Of a stretch of DNA of 61,223 nt, positions 44,503 to 56,354 are shown piece by piece (the stretch's first letter is position 1; each line of letters begins with the position of its first letter). Made by a program: the position numbers and the translations under genes. The DNA is taken from assembly GCA_001724265.1 (NCBI GenBank), contig MEDY01000153.1, forward strand, positions 1 to 61,223, in the 5' to 3' direction. Under the pieces are notes generated by a model. The model ran no database searches. It saw nothing but the letters and a program-made list of their open reading frames with translations, and had not been told where the DNA came from. The stretch comes from Rhizaria sp. SCN 62-66. Its lineage: Eukaryota.

Positions 44503-47500
44503 TTAGATGACGCGCTGACGGATCTCCTCGATGCGGCGCACCACGTCCCTGGGCTCCGAAGCCAGCTCCTCGGCCACGCTCTGTAGCTGTCCCACCGTCA
44601 GCAGCCCGACGCCCTGGCCGACACTCCCGCCCGCGCCGGCGCCGGGCGCCGCGGCCGTGGCGAGCGCACCCGCGGCCGAGTGCCCGCGGTAGGCCTCGGC
44701 GTAGGCCTCGCAGAGGTCGCCGTCGACGACGTTGGCCACGGGCGCATAGTAGGACCGGTACGAGAGGTGCTCGCGGCCCACCAGCGAGGGCACTTCGTTG
44801 CGCAGATGCAGCTCGAGATGCGTGAGGAACTCGCCGTCCTCGCGGAACGCCACGGGCGCCAGCACACCGACGGCGCCGAGCATCGTGGCGTAGACGAGCA
44901 CCTTCTCGCCGCCCGGGGACAGCGCTGTGTGTTCAATGCCCGTCACGATGTCGCCCGTGAAGGTCGACGCCACGTCTGTCATCAGCACGGGCGGGCGCCG
45001 CACCGTCGCCGTCGCGGCGTCGATAGACGAGTGCGCCGCGCGCAGGCCGCCGCCCGTGGGATCGGTGTCGATCGCGTCGGCGTCCTCGGCCGCGAGGCGC
45101 GTCAGCGTGAGGTTGCCGAAGCGGTCGCCGCTGGCTAGGGTGACGGGGTCTACGCAGCACGCCGCCGACAGCACGCGCGGCGTGGGGGACACGGCCACCA
45201 CGGCGAAGCGGCGCTGGTACGAGGCTGAGGGCGTCGCCGCGGCGCCTAGGCCCGAGGGTGCGACGGCGTTGACGGCGGCGACGAGCGTGACCGAGTACTG
45301 GCACACGTAGAAGCCGGTCGTGGCGTCGCCCACGGTCACCTTGACGCCGTTGGCGGCCAGCGGGTCAGTCCCCACGCCCATCGCCGTCGCAGCGCCCGCG
45401 CCAGAGCCGGCGGCGGAGCCGGAGCCCGCGGCACCGCCGGCGGAACCCGCGGCGCCGGCGCCCGCGATGGCGCTGGTAGGGGCGCCGCTAGCGGCCGCGG
45501 CCGCGGCGACGGACTTAGGGATCGTGTCGTCGTTGAGGTGGATGCTGGTGAGCATCGAGGCGTTGGCGACCTTAAGCTCGCTCTTGAGCAGCAGCTTGCG
45601 CTTGCCCAGCTCGTACACGCGCAGGGCGTTGCCGACGCCGGCCAGCAGCAGGCCCTCGGCCGTGAAGCCCGCGACCGCGCCCGGCACGTCTGTCACGGGC
45701 GTGCGGTGCAGGAAGGTAAGCCGCGGGGCCGGGGCGCCCGCCGCCGAGTCGGCAGCGTCCGTCGCGGCGGCAGCGGCCGCGGGGCCGGGGGAGACGGCGT
45801 AGACGAGCAGCGCACCTCCGGCGTGCGAGCGCTTGGGCAGCTGGATGAGGTCCTTGACGACGCCGACGACGAGGTACAGCCCCACGGCGTTCTCGTCGCC
45901 CGCGGCCACGGCGGCCGGGGTCGCGCCCGCGGAGACGAGGGTGCAGAAGGCGGCCGAGAGCGCGACCTCGTTGTTGGTCATCTCGATCGTCTGGACCGTG
46001 CTCAGGTCGATGGGGTCCACGACGCGGATGCACGACGCCCACTTGCCTGTGAATGTCGTCGCAAGATTGCCAAGACAGCAATAAAGGCGTGGTGAGATAA
46101 TATTCGGATATAGAAAAGTAGATGTCAATATATAAATGAGTAATTAAATATAATCGTGTCGTATTCGTATGTTCATTCGCTCAGATGTTATGTTTCACAG
46201 TCCGTACCTGACTGCGCCTGTGGAACACCGCACTGGAGCTCAAGAGCCCGGTACTCGGCCTCCATCTGCTCCGCGTCCGCAGCCGCCTCTGCAGCCGCAG
46301 CCTCGGCCTCGTCGTACTCCTGCCCCGTGGCGGCGGCCAGCTCGCGCGCTTCCTGCCGCGCGGCCTCGCGCGCCTCGGCCTTGGCGGCCTTAGACGTCTC
46401 CGCGAGCGCCTCGCGCGCCGCGGCCGTCATCTCCTCCTTAACGTCCCAGGGCAGCGCGTTATCGTCGCCCTCGACGGTGACGAGCAGCGCCGCCGCGGGT
46501 GCGCGGCCCGCCGCGACGAGCGCGCGGTGGCGGCGCGGCTCAAACGCGAGCAGCTTGCGCGGCGTGTAGCGCAGCGGCGTCGACACGCGCGCGAACGCGT
46601 CGCCCAGCGCGTCCGCGGTCAGGATCAGCATCGACGCGCCGCTGGTGGCCACCAGGCCCTGCGGAAAGGACTCCGAGACGAAGGGCGCGATGGTGGTGAT
46701 CGGGGACGACACGGGTGCGGCGCCCGTGGCGCGCGAGGCGGCGATGGCGGCGTCGCTGAAGGGGATAAAGAGGGGCGCCTCGTGGACGGCGCCGGCGTAG
46801 GTGTAAAAAGCCCAGGGCCGCGAGCTCAGCGCGATGACGGCCACACCGCTGCCGAGCGTGACCGTGGCCAAACGAACAGGCGCCGCGCCCAGCACGCGGC
46901 GGCGCGGGTCCGAGAGCTGGCCCGAAGCGGCGTCGAGCGAGGAGCGCACCAAGAGCCCGTTCTCGAGCCCGATGTAGAGCGTCAGCGCGGCCGACGCCGA
47001 CGCCGACACGGCGCCCGCGGCCGTGCTGGGTGGCGTGACCGTGAGCGCGCAGGGGACGTCGGGCAGGCCCTGCAGCGTGAGCTGCTGCAGCAGCGAGTCC
47101 GGCGACAGCGACAGCACGCGCACCGTGCGGTCGTGCCCGCCCACAGCGACGAAGGGCGCGCGCTGGCGGCCCGGCGCCACGGGCGCGAGCGCGAGCGCGG
47201 CCGCCGTGTTGCCCATGGGCTTCTGGAGGATGTCGCGCATGTTGCCGTGCTCTGCCTCCAGGTACACCAGGTCGCCGCCGTCGAGCGACAGCACCAGCTG
47301 CGAGTCGTTAGCGGCGCAGCGCACGATAGGGCGCCCGCGCGGGGCGTTCCAGTTGGACACTTTGCCAGTGGCGACCGAGACGAGGCGCACGCACTGGGGC
47401 GTCACCTGCAGCCAGCCGCCCGTCGCCGACGCCGCGGCCGCGGGGCCCGCCTCGTTGAAGGACGTCAGCAGCAGCGTGGGCGACTCGGTCAGCAGCCCCG

Positions 47501-49121
47501 TGTCGGCGTCCTCCTCGATCGAGTCGCCCTCGCAGCGCAGCACCAGCGTCTTGTCCTCGAAGGAGAGCGCGACGAGAGCGTGGTGCTGTTGAGTGAGCGC
47601 GGTCTTGGCCGTGAACACGGCCGTGGGACGGCTGGGCAGCTCGATCGCTGTGAACTCGCGCAGCGCGAGCCCGTGGCGCAGCGCCTTGAGCGTCGCGCGG
47701 TTGCTGCGGCCGCACGCGGCGTAAAGCTGGGGCGCGCGCTCCTTGGTCAGGTCGGCAACCTTGAGCGCGAGGATCGGCCCCATCGAGTCGACGTGGCTCA
47801 AGAACTCGAGGTTCGTCAGCGGCCGCGGCGCAAAGTATGTGCGCCCGCCGTCGAGCTCGTCGTCAACGGCCGGCACGCCCGCGCCGATGCCGGAGAGGTC
47901 GCCGTTGAGCTGCTGCTGCATCTGCTGCTGCTGGAGCATGAGCGCGCCGTGGGTGGACGCCATGGCGACGACTGCGCCGTCCTCGTCGCGGTCGCCGAAC
48001 GCCGTGACGCGGAGGAACTGGCTCGCGCCCGTCTCGGCGGCGGCGAAGAGGAAGCCCGAGTCTGTGAGGCACAGTGCAACAGCGGGCGGCAGCGTGTCGA
48101 AGTAGCTCAGCGAGAGGTCCGTCACCACAGTTACGTCGGCGTCGAGCGCCGAGGCCGCGAGGTCGAAGTCGAGCTTGTAGATGTCGCCGTACTCAGACTG
48201 CAGCAGGAAGAAGAGCATGTCTGCGTTCTTGCGCATGATGTTGCACACGGTGGCGGCGGTAATGAGCACGGTCTTGTCGTCGCCAGTATCGAAGCGGCGC
48301 GGGATCGGCACGTGCAGCGGCTGCTCACGCTCACGCGAGTAGTACGACACGACGTCCTCGGAGCACACCACCACGCCGCCGGGGCGCCGCTTGTCGCCGG
48401 GCACGGAGAGCACGAGGCTGGCGCCCGGGTGCAGCGGGGTCGACCACACGCGCGACACGGTGTTGACGCCGAGGTCTAGCTCGTAGTACACCAGGTGCTT
48501 CGCGAGCACGGGCAGTCCCGTGACGGGGTGCGTGGGCGCGGCGTCGTTCTCGTCGTAGTTGGCCTCGATGCACGCAAACACCGGGTTGTCGAAGCCGTGG
48601 ACGTGGACGCCGCACATGGAGAAGACGACGGTGTGCGCGCGGTGCGCCTCGAGCGGGCTCGAGATCGTCAGCCGGTTGTCGGAGCTGCGGTTCAGCGAGT
48701 AGATGAACTTCTGCTTCTCGAGCGCGCCGACCATAACGGCGCGGCCCTTGGGGTCTGCGGCGAGCAGCTGGCCCGGCACGATGCGGCGGCACCCGGTCTT
48801 GCCGAAGGTCTCCTCGTGCACCTTCTCGAAGCTGTTACTGGCCGAGACGTACTCCAGGATCACGAGCTTGCCCGCGTCGCTGCCGAGCACGATAAAGTCG
48901 CGCGAGGAGCCCGGGAGGCGGAAGGCCTTGAGGTCGCGGATGACGCCGAAGACGTCCGTCTTGAGCACCGACACGACGCGGCCGTCGTTGAGCGGGCGCA
49001 ACAGCTCCAGCGAGTGGCTGTGCGCGACGAGCAGCTCCTGCGCCTTGGGCGAGGAGAAGTGGCCGAAAATAGCGTGCGTCACCGTCTGCGGCGGCTGCAG
49101 CGTGTAGTTGTACAGCTGCAT
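44503..49121 (-). CDS. SF3B3: Splicing factor 3B subunit 3 (SAP130/Rse1); exons 49121-46208, 46046-44503; 1485 aa; stop TAA
   Basis: MQLYNYTLQPP, VFGVIRDL, GSDAGK, FEKVHEETFGKTGCRRIVPGQLLAADPKGRAVM, ISSPLEAH, YELDLGVN, WASCIR, YELGKRKLL, GREHLSYRSYYAPVANVVDGDLCE. Confidence 0.96.
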
Positions 49122-50087
49122 GGCGGGGGCTGGTGGTGCGCGGCGGCGACGGCAGCGACGGCGGCGGCGGCGGCGGTGGCGGTGGTGTGTTTAGGTGTTG
49201 GAATCGAAAGAGCTGTCAGCAAACTATAGCTCAGTTTTTTAACGGGGCAAAACTCGATCAATGGGCTACAGAAGAAGCAAAGGTGTCCGAACAAAAGCGT
49301 TTGAGTGAGCCGAGAAGATTGTAGATGCAGAAACATACCAGATAGTGAAGAAGTCAAGGATGAGTTGACTGTGAAGCGCGGAGATTGGACAACGAAATAG
49401 CATAACAGTCTAATCGCCAACAAGAGATCTAGCAGCCGCCTAAGATTATACAAAGGCTGGTCTGTTTTATCGCAAAATTAGAATTTAAACAAAAGCTGCT
49501 GGAAGCAAGAACCAGCTCAAGAAAGTCTTTACACGAAAGCTTGACCAACAGTGTCGGTTCGTGAAAAATAAAAAGCACCACCGCCCACGGTCATCGTTAG
49601 GACGGCAAGCGGTGAGCGAATGACGCAATGTTCGGGCATTCATGAATTGTGGCATATCTATCGATAAAATAGCACCGCTGTTTAATATGCGCTACGACGT
49701 GGGTGTGATTCATAATATGACAATTTTGTGTCCCTTGAGAAGGCGTTTTAGCCTGTCGGATGTCTCTAGAGCCGATCATGGCAAACGTAGTCGTTCGCGC
49801 GAACAGACGCGAGCCACGCATCCCCCTGCTCGCGCCGCCCACAAAGCCACAGACCCACCTCCCACGATGTCCGCGCGCACGAAACGACCTCAGTGTCCCC
49901 CTTGATTCTCTCTTTTTCTCTTTGTTCCCGCTTTATCTCACGCATCTATCCCCTCCTTTGTCTCCCCCCTCTCCTGGCCCTCCTTCCGCGCACTCTGCCT
50001 AATCTCCATCGCACGCCAACGATCTCGCTCAAAACCCGATCTTTTTTACTTTTCCTTACTTTCACCGCTTCTGGGTCTGCAGTCGCG

Positions 50088-52521
50088 ATGTCTGACAACG
50101 AGGAGTACGACGATATGCCCGAGGACACCCAGGAGGTCGACGCCGGTGAGAGCACCCCTAAGTCGCCCACCAGCACCGGCGGCACCAGCAAGGTCCTCCG
50201 CGGCAAGAACGGTAAGCCCCTCAAGGGCGCCGCCGCCGCCAAGGCCAAGGCCGCCATCGCCAAGAAGAACGCCCCCGTGGTCGCGAAGCAGCAGGAGGTC
50301 GTGGCCAACGCCGCCGCCATCATCGCCGCCGCCAGCGCAGTCAACAAGGAGAAGGAGATGTACCGCTCGTGCACCGGCGTCCTGACCTCCGATCCCATGG
50401 CGCGCGACGTCAAGATCTCCGGCGTGACGCTCACGTCGTGGTCGCAGGAGCTTATCTCGGACTCGTCCATCGAGCTCACCATTGGCCGCCGCTACGGCCT
50501 CCTCGGCCCCAACGGCTGCGGCAAGTCGACCTTCCTCAAGATGCTCGCCGCGCGCGAGGTACGTCACACAACAAAACTAGGGCGTCATTTTATATTTCAA
50601 CGATCAACGACTCATGTTGGTGAGTGGATATATCTGTGTTAACGAACTCAATTCATAGTTCTCTTCTGCTCCAATCATCTCACTCTTCCTGTTTGTCACT
50701 TGCTCCTTTGCTGTTTGCCTTCGCAGGTCCCGATCCCCGAGCACATCGACATTTTCTTCCTGGAGAACGAGGCCCCCGCGTCCGATTACACGGGCATCCA
50801 GTGGATTGCCAACGAGGTCAAGATGGCCATCGCCGCGCTCGAGGCGCGCGCCGAGGCCCTCTGCGAGGAGTACGGCCCCGAGTCGCTCCAGCTTCAGGTA
50901 TGCAAACTAAAACATCACGTACCACCGCATGTATGATTATCTATTGTTTAAGTACTCTGTTTTTATGATATACCTGAAGTTTTGTCTCTCACGCACTTTA
51001 TCTTTGCTCTCTCAATTCTCTCCACTAATTCTCCTCGTGTGACTCGCTAGGTCGTGTACGACGACCTGAGCAAGCTCGAGGAGCTGAACCCCGAGACGCA
51101 CGCGGCTATCCTGCTGCACGGTCTCGGCTTTGGCCCCAAGATGATGGCCAAGGCGACCAAGGACATGTCCGGTGGGTGGCGCATGCGCGTGGCGCTGGCC
51201 AAGGCGCTCTTCGTGCGCCCCACGCTGCTGCTGCTCGACGAGCCTACGAACCACCTCGACCTGGAGGCGTGCGTGTGGCTCGAGAACTACCTCGCCGACT
51301 ACGACAAGTGCCTCGTCGTCGTCTCGCACTCGCAGGACTTCCTGAACACCGTCTGCACCAACATCATCGAGTTCAACCACAAGGCGGAGCTCGTTTACTG
51401 GTCCGGTAACTACGATCAGTACCTTAAGACCAAGCAGGAGCACGAGGTGAACCAGCTCAAGAAGTACGAGAAGGAGCAGGACGACATCAAGCACATCAAG
51501 TCCTTCATCGCCTCGTGCGGTACCTTCTCGAACCTCGTCCGTCAGGCCAAGTCCAAGCAGAAGATCCTCGACAAGATGTACGAGGCTGGGTACGTCTCAC
51601 ACTCAAAAACAGGATACTTAGACAATTTATGAATTTGTCTTGAAAAAAAAAATGTTTGAATTGTGTACCTTCTATTCGAGCGAAATCTTCATTGAACACA
51701 TCCTCACGACTCTTGTCTCCTTTCCTTCCTTATCGCTCTCCTTGTTTAGTCTGACTGAGAAGCCCGTGGCTCCCCCGACGTTCAACTTCAAGTTCGCGCC
51801 CTGTGGCAAGCTGGCCCCGCCCGTGCTGTCGTTCAACAAGGTCGGCTTCGCCTATTCCGGCCGCAAGGAGGACATGCTCTACAGCGGCGTGGACCTGGCC
51901 GTCGACATGGACTCGCGCATCGCGCTCGTGGGCCCCAACGGCGCGGGCAAGTCGACGCTGCTGAAGCTCATGGTCGGCGAGATCGAGGCCACTGAGGGCT
52001 CCATCAAGCGCCACCTCGACCTTAAGTTCGGCCGCTACCACCAGCACGTGACGGCGGAGCTCGACGAGGAGTTGACGCCGCTCGAGTTCGTGTCGAAGAA
52101 GTTCGCCGAGCTCAAGTATGAGGAGGAGCAGTGGCGCACCATCATCGGCCGCTACGGCGTGTCGGGTCGCATGCAGAAGATGAAGATCGGCGCCATGTCC
52201 GACGGCCAGAAGTCGCGCATCGTCTTCTGCATCATGGCGATCAAGAACCCCAACATCCTGCTGCTCGATGAGCCGACGAACCACCTGGACATGCAGTGCA
52301 TCGACGCGCTGGCCGAGGCCATCAACGCCTTCGAGGGCGGCGTTGTGCTCGTGTCGCACGACTTCCGCCTCATCTCGCAGGTTGCGCAGACCATCTGGCT
52401 CTGCGACAACGGCGGCGTCAACACCTTCCAGGGCTCGATCCGCGACTACAAGCAGTTCCTCGTCAAGCAGGTCATGGCCTCCGAGGACAAGTTTAAGGGC
52501 TCGCTCGGCACCTCCAAGTAA
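50088..52521 (+). CDS. ABCF2: ABC-F family ATPase ABCF2/Arb1; exons 50088-50558, 50727-50897, 51051-51589, 51750-52521; 650 aa; stop TAA
   Basis: Two NBDs and no TM segments: [86 protein letters not shown]. Confidence 0.95.
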
Positions 52522-53131
52522 GCGCGCTGCTGCTGCTGCTGCTGTGATGACGCTGCTGTGATGACGCTGCTGCCGCAACATCTCCGGTCTCGAATGCTCA
52601 AAGCACGCTCTTGCGTTGCTGGGTTCGGTCTGAGTTGTTGCTGCTGTTGTTCTTGTCGATGATGATGAGTCTTTGATTTCCTCGGCTCTCGTCTCTGCTC
52701 TCCCTTGCTTCCTCTGCTTCCACTGATCTCTTCTCTATGCTACATGTAGTTTTTTCTTTTCTTTCGTTTCTCTAGTCGCCGTTCGCACGTTTTCTCTTTC
52801 TGGCGCTTTCACGACACACCGCGTGACCGTCCTCGGCTAACTGTTTTGTTTCCGGGATGGAGCGAGTATAGTCCACGCCTGTTCATAGTTCGTTGCTGCC
52901 GAGATTATCGCGCATCACGAACACAACGATGTACATGGCATTCCTACAATACAAAATTCACATCAAAACTATAATGACACAAAATAATTGTTTGCTTTAA
53001 TATTTATTTGAATTCCTTCATATCCGTGACCTAAACTGGCCCAACATATCTTCACTTCCTCGCGTCAGCAAACTAACACTCACAGAAACTACGAGAGAGC
53101 TCACTTCGGTTTTGTTTTGCTACTTCTGTGT

Positions 53132-54433
53132 TCAGAACTGGGGTCCGCCGGCGATCATGACCTGTCCCCAGTGCCCGTCGAGCCCCGCGGCCCAGAGGCG
53201 GACGGCGCCGTCCTCGCCCGACGAGGCCAGTGTCGTGCCCATCGCGTCCCACGACACGCGCCACGCCTGGCCCTGCTGCTGGCCCGCAGCAGACTGGCCG
53301 GCAGACTGGCCGGCATGTGAGTGGCCGAGGGCGGCGACGAGCACAACCGTAGGCGCCCCTGGCTCGTCACTATTGCCACCGACGCCGCCGTTGACCGCGG
53401 CGTCGTCGCCTGCGCCGTCGTTGTCGGCGATCTGGACGCCGGCGGCGAGCGCGACGTCGACGTTGTCGAAGAGCTGCTGCGGCTTGCCGCGCGGCCAGTA
53501 GCGGAAGACGCGGACGACGCCGTCGGCCGAGGCCGTAGCGATAAGGTGGAAGGACCGGCACAGTGCGGGCGCCCACGCAATGTCGTGCACGGTCGTGTTG
53601 CCATGTCCGGGGAGCGAGGCGAGGCAAGACCAGCGCTGGTGGGGCTCGTTGAACTCCCACACGCGGGCCGTGTTGCCCGCCGCCACGGCCAGCCCCGCGG
53701 GCTCAAACGGGTGCGGGTTCCACGCCAGCGCGCTGCAGTCCTTGCGGCCGGCGTCAAACGACTCGGCGAGTGGCCAGGGCGTCAGGGCGGTCGGATCCGA
53801 GCACTCGTAGACGCGGATGAGCCCGTCATGGGCCGCCGAGGCAAGGCGCAGACCCAGGTGGCGCGGGGCAAAGGCGATAGACTCCACCGAGGCCGTCGAG
53901 TCGGGCATGTGGCAGCGGCGCTGCCAGACAGTCACACCCTTGGCAGTATCGTCTGCGAAACAGAGGAAAGCAAGGCAACACAACGGAAGCGAAAAGTCGG
54001 ATGAGGTATGTGGTAAATAATCCAGATACAGCAAATTATTCAACGTATTTCAAGCGCAATATAATATAGTGTAATCAGATAAAATCTCGGAGCCGAAGCC
54101 ATGAGTCAACGTACGGAACTCCTCATAGACAGCGACGACGCGGCCGCCGGAGCAGGTGGCGATGACTTGTCCGAACTCGGGATGTGCCCACACGACGCGG
54201 TTGATCGCGCCCGCGTTAGAGCGCGGCAGCGTCGATACGGGTGCCCAGTCGCCGGTCGACGCGCTGGCGCCGGCGCCCGCGGCAGAGGAGGACGCGGAAG
54301 CAGAGCCGGTCTGCTCCCAGATCTTGACGGTGCCGTCCGAGGAGCAGGTGGCGAGGCGCTTGCCGTAGTAGTCGTAGGCCACGTCGCGCACGAAGTCGCC
54401 GTGGTCCGCCTTAAAGACCTGGAACGCCTTCAT
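53132..54433 (-). CDS. SEH1: Nucleoporin SEH1 (WD40); exons 54433-54115, 53952-53132; 379 aa; stop TGA
   Basis: DVAYDYYGKRLATCSSD, WAHPEFGQVIATCS, FAPRHLGLRLASA..DGLIRVYE, VHDIAWAP..RSFHLIATAS, WRVSWDAMGTTLASSGEDG (SEH1-type rather than SEC13-type). Confidence 0.9.
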
Positions 54434-55074
54434 CTGAGGGGTAGGGTAAGGAGAGACAACAGCCGGGGGCAGACGCTGGGGAGAGGTGGGAGCGGCGCTG
54501 GAGAGTGGGGAGAGAGAAGAGAGCTGCGAGAGCGCAGGGCAAAGGTTGTAGAGAGGGACATGGTCAGGATTATGAAAATGTGAAAAGCAAAACGATGTGC
54601 CTAGAAGTGTTTCTTTTCCGTGGCGATTGTAGATTTTAAAGCAACGGTGTCTGCGACGCATAGTAGAGTACGCAAATCAGCCGACGTTGAGCCCAGCCGA
54701 GACCGCCAATTGCCGCCATTGCGGTCACACTGTACAACGGGTCACCAGACATTGCGCAAAACCAACTATGTCCGCGCAGAATCAACCGCAAGAGAAAAAT
54801 GAACTCCGAAAATAACAATTATACGTTCTCATTATTGTGGTGAAAATCGATTTCCAGATGTGATATCTAGACGTAGAAAGAATGATGTGTATTCAGCTCG
54901 TGTTCAATGCTTGTTACGTTTGCACCCAACACTATTCAAATCAGGCCACAGCCTCGCCCTAGCACGCCACAGCCCGCGCGTGCGGCCGCCCAGCCCTTCA
55001 GCCGAACTCCGCCCGCGCAGCCTGAGTAGCGGCGCTGCCGGTATCGTCGTTGATGTGGGATCGGAGGAGGGCGC

Positions 55075-55545
55075 TTACGCGGCGGGCGCGGTGGGGAAGG
55101 CCTTCTCGAAAGTGAAGCCCTTGGCGTGCTTCGAGTCGAAGTGCGCCTGCAGGTCACCGCGGTTGGCAGTGCACATGAACGTCTGGCGGCAGATCTGTCA
55201 AGTGGTTGGAGAGCGCATGGGAGAGACAGAGAGAGAATGAGAGAAGGGAAAGCAAGACAACGAGAGAGAGTGTGAGGCGATGACGTAAGATGTCCAGGGA
55301 CGAAAACTGCGGCGAGATGCAGCAAGATGAACGCATAAAACCGCAAATTTAAAAACAGGGCGTTAATCATCATGTGAAATAAAGCGTAATCGAGTGTTGT
55401 TGTGATTTGAGCGTACCTGGCAGGTGATGCTGAGGGCCTTGGCGTTGCCCTCGAGCTGAGACTTAGCGGAACCGCCGGTGGCGGCGGCCTGCTTGGCGTT
55501 GCGCTCACGCTTCTGCGCGGCACGGGCTCCGTTTCCACTGGGCAT
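55075..55545 (-). CDS. Small 4F5/C2H2 zinc-finger protein (ZNF706/At2g23090-like); exons 55545-55417, 55194-55075; 82 aa; stop TAA
   Basis: MPSGNGARAAQKRERNAK..KSQLEGNAKALSITCQICRQTFMCT...LQAHFDSKH. Confidence 0.88.
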
Positions 55546-56354
55546 GTTAAGTAAACTGAGCGCGTGGAGGGCACCGAGAGAGTAAGAACAGGGATATAGA
55601 GTGGCAGGAAGTGTGCGAGAAGGTGAGTCAGAGCGGGGTCAGAGGCGGTTGCAGTGCGAGGTACGCCGAGGAGTGCGGCGAAACAGAAAGAGATGCGGCG
55701 CGAAAACGAAGAGATAACGCGTGGGAATGGCAGACGTAGTAGAATGAGAGGGGTGGAGCTCTGTGGACAAGTTGAGTCAAGTCATGAAGGTTAAAGCCAG
55801 GGCAAAACCGTGATTGCGTCGAATTGATGTGGCGGACCAGCCACGCTGTAGCAGAATGAACCGTATAGACCAAAGATGTGCAAATTCGGCATGCATTATT
55901 GAGCAAAAATGCACAGTGGTCCAGGCATAACGCGATTTACGACATGCATAAACACTATCGGGGCGCGTAGGTGCCGATCATGACTTTGAAAACAAGTCAT
56001 CTCGCAGCCCCAACCAACGCTCGTCGAGCAATGGCAGCACAAGGAATTTTTCGACCGAGCTAGCTGCGGTCGCGCCTCTTTTCGCTCACGGTCGCCGAGA
56101 GGAAAGGGGTTACTCGTATTGATCCTGCACAAACGATCCACCGTAATACTTTCTCCTTCGAATATGCGATGTGTGGCTTGAATTTAAATCATACCAGTTG
56201 TTTGCATTGTCACAGATCCTTTGTACATGTCTCCTGACGCACTTGATTGTCTGCACTGGACGCAGTGTGGGCAGGATCCCGCTGCCGTCTCGCCACCCAC
56301 CCTGCTCGCAAGCTCACCTTTGTCCCTCACTCTGACCGTTCACCCTCCGTACAG

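Noticed and set aside
52541..52635. Duplicated GCTGTGATGACGCT after the ABCF2 stop with a downstream CTGA: box C/D snoRNA?
   Set aside because: It looks like a slippage duplication in a (GCT)n 3' UTR. There is no terminal stem or recognisable rRNA guide.
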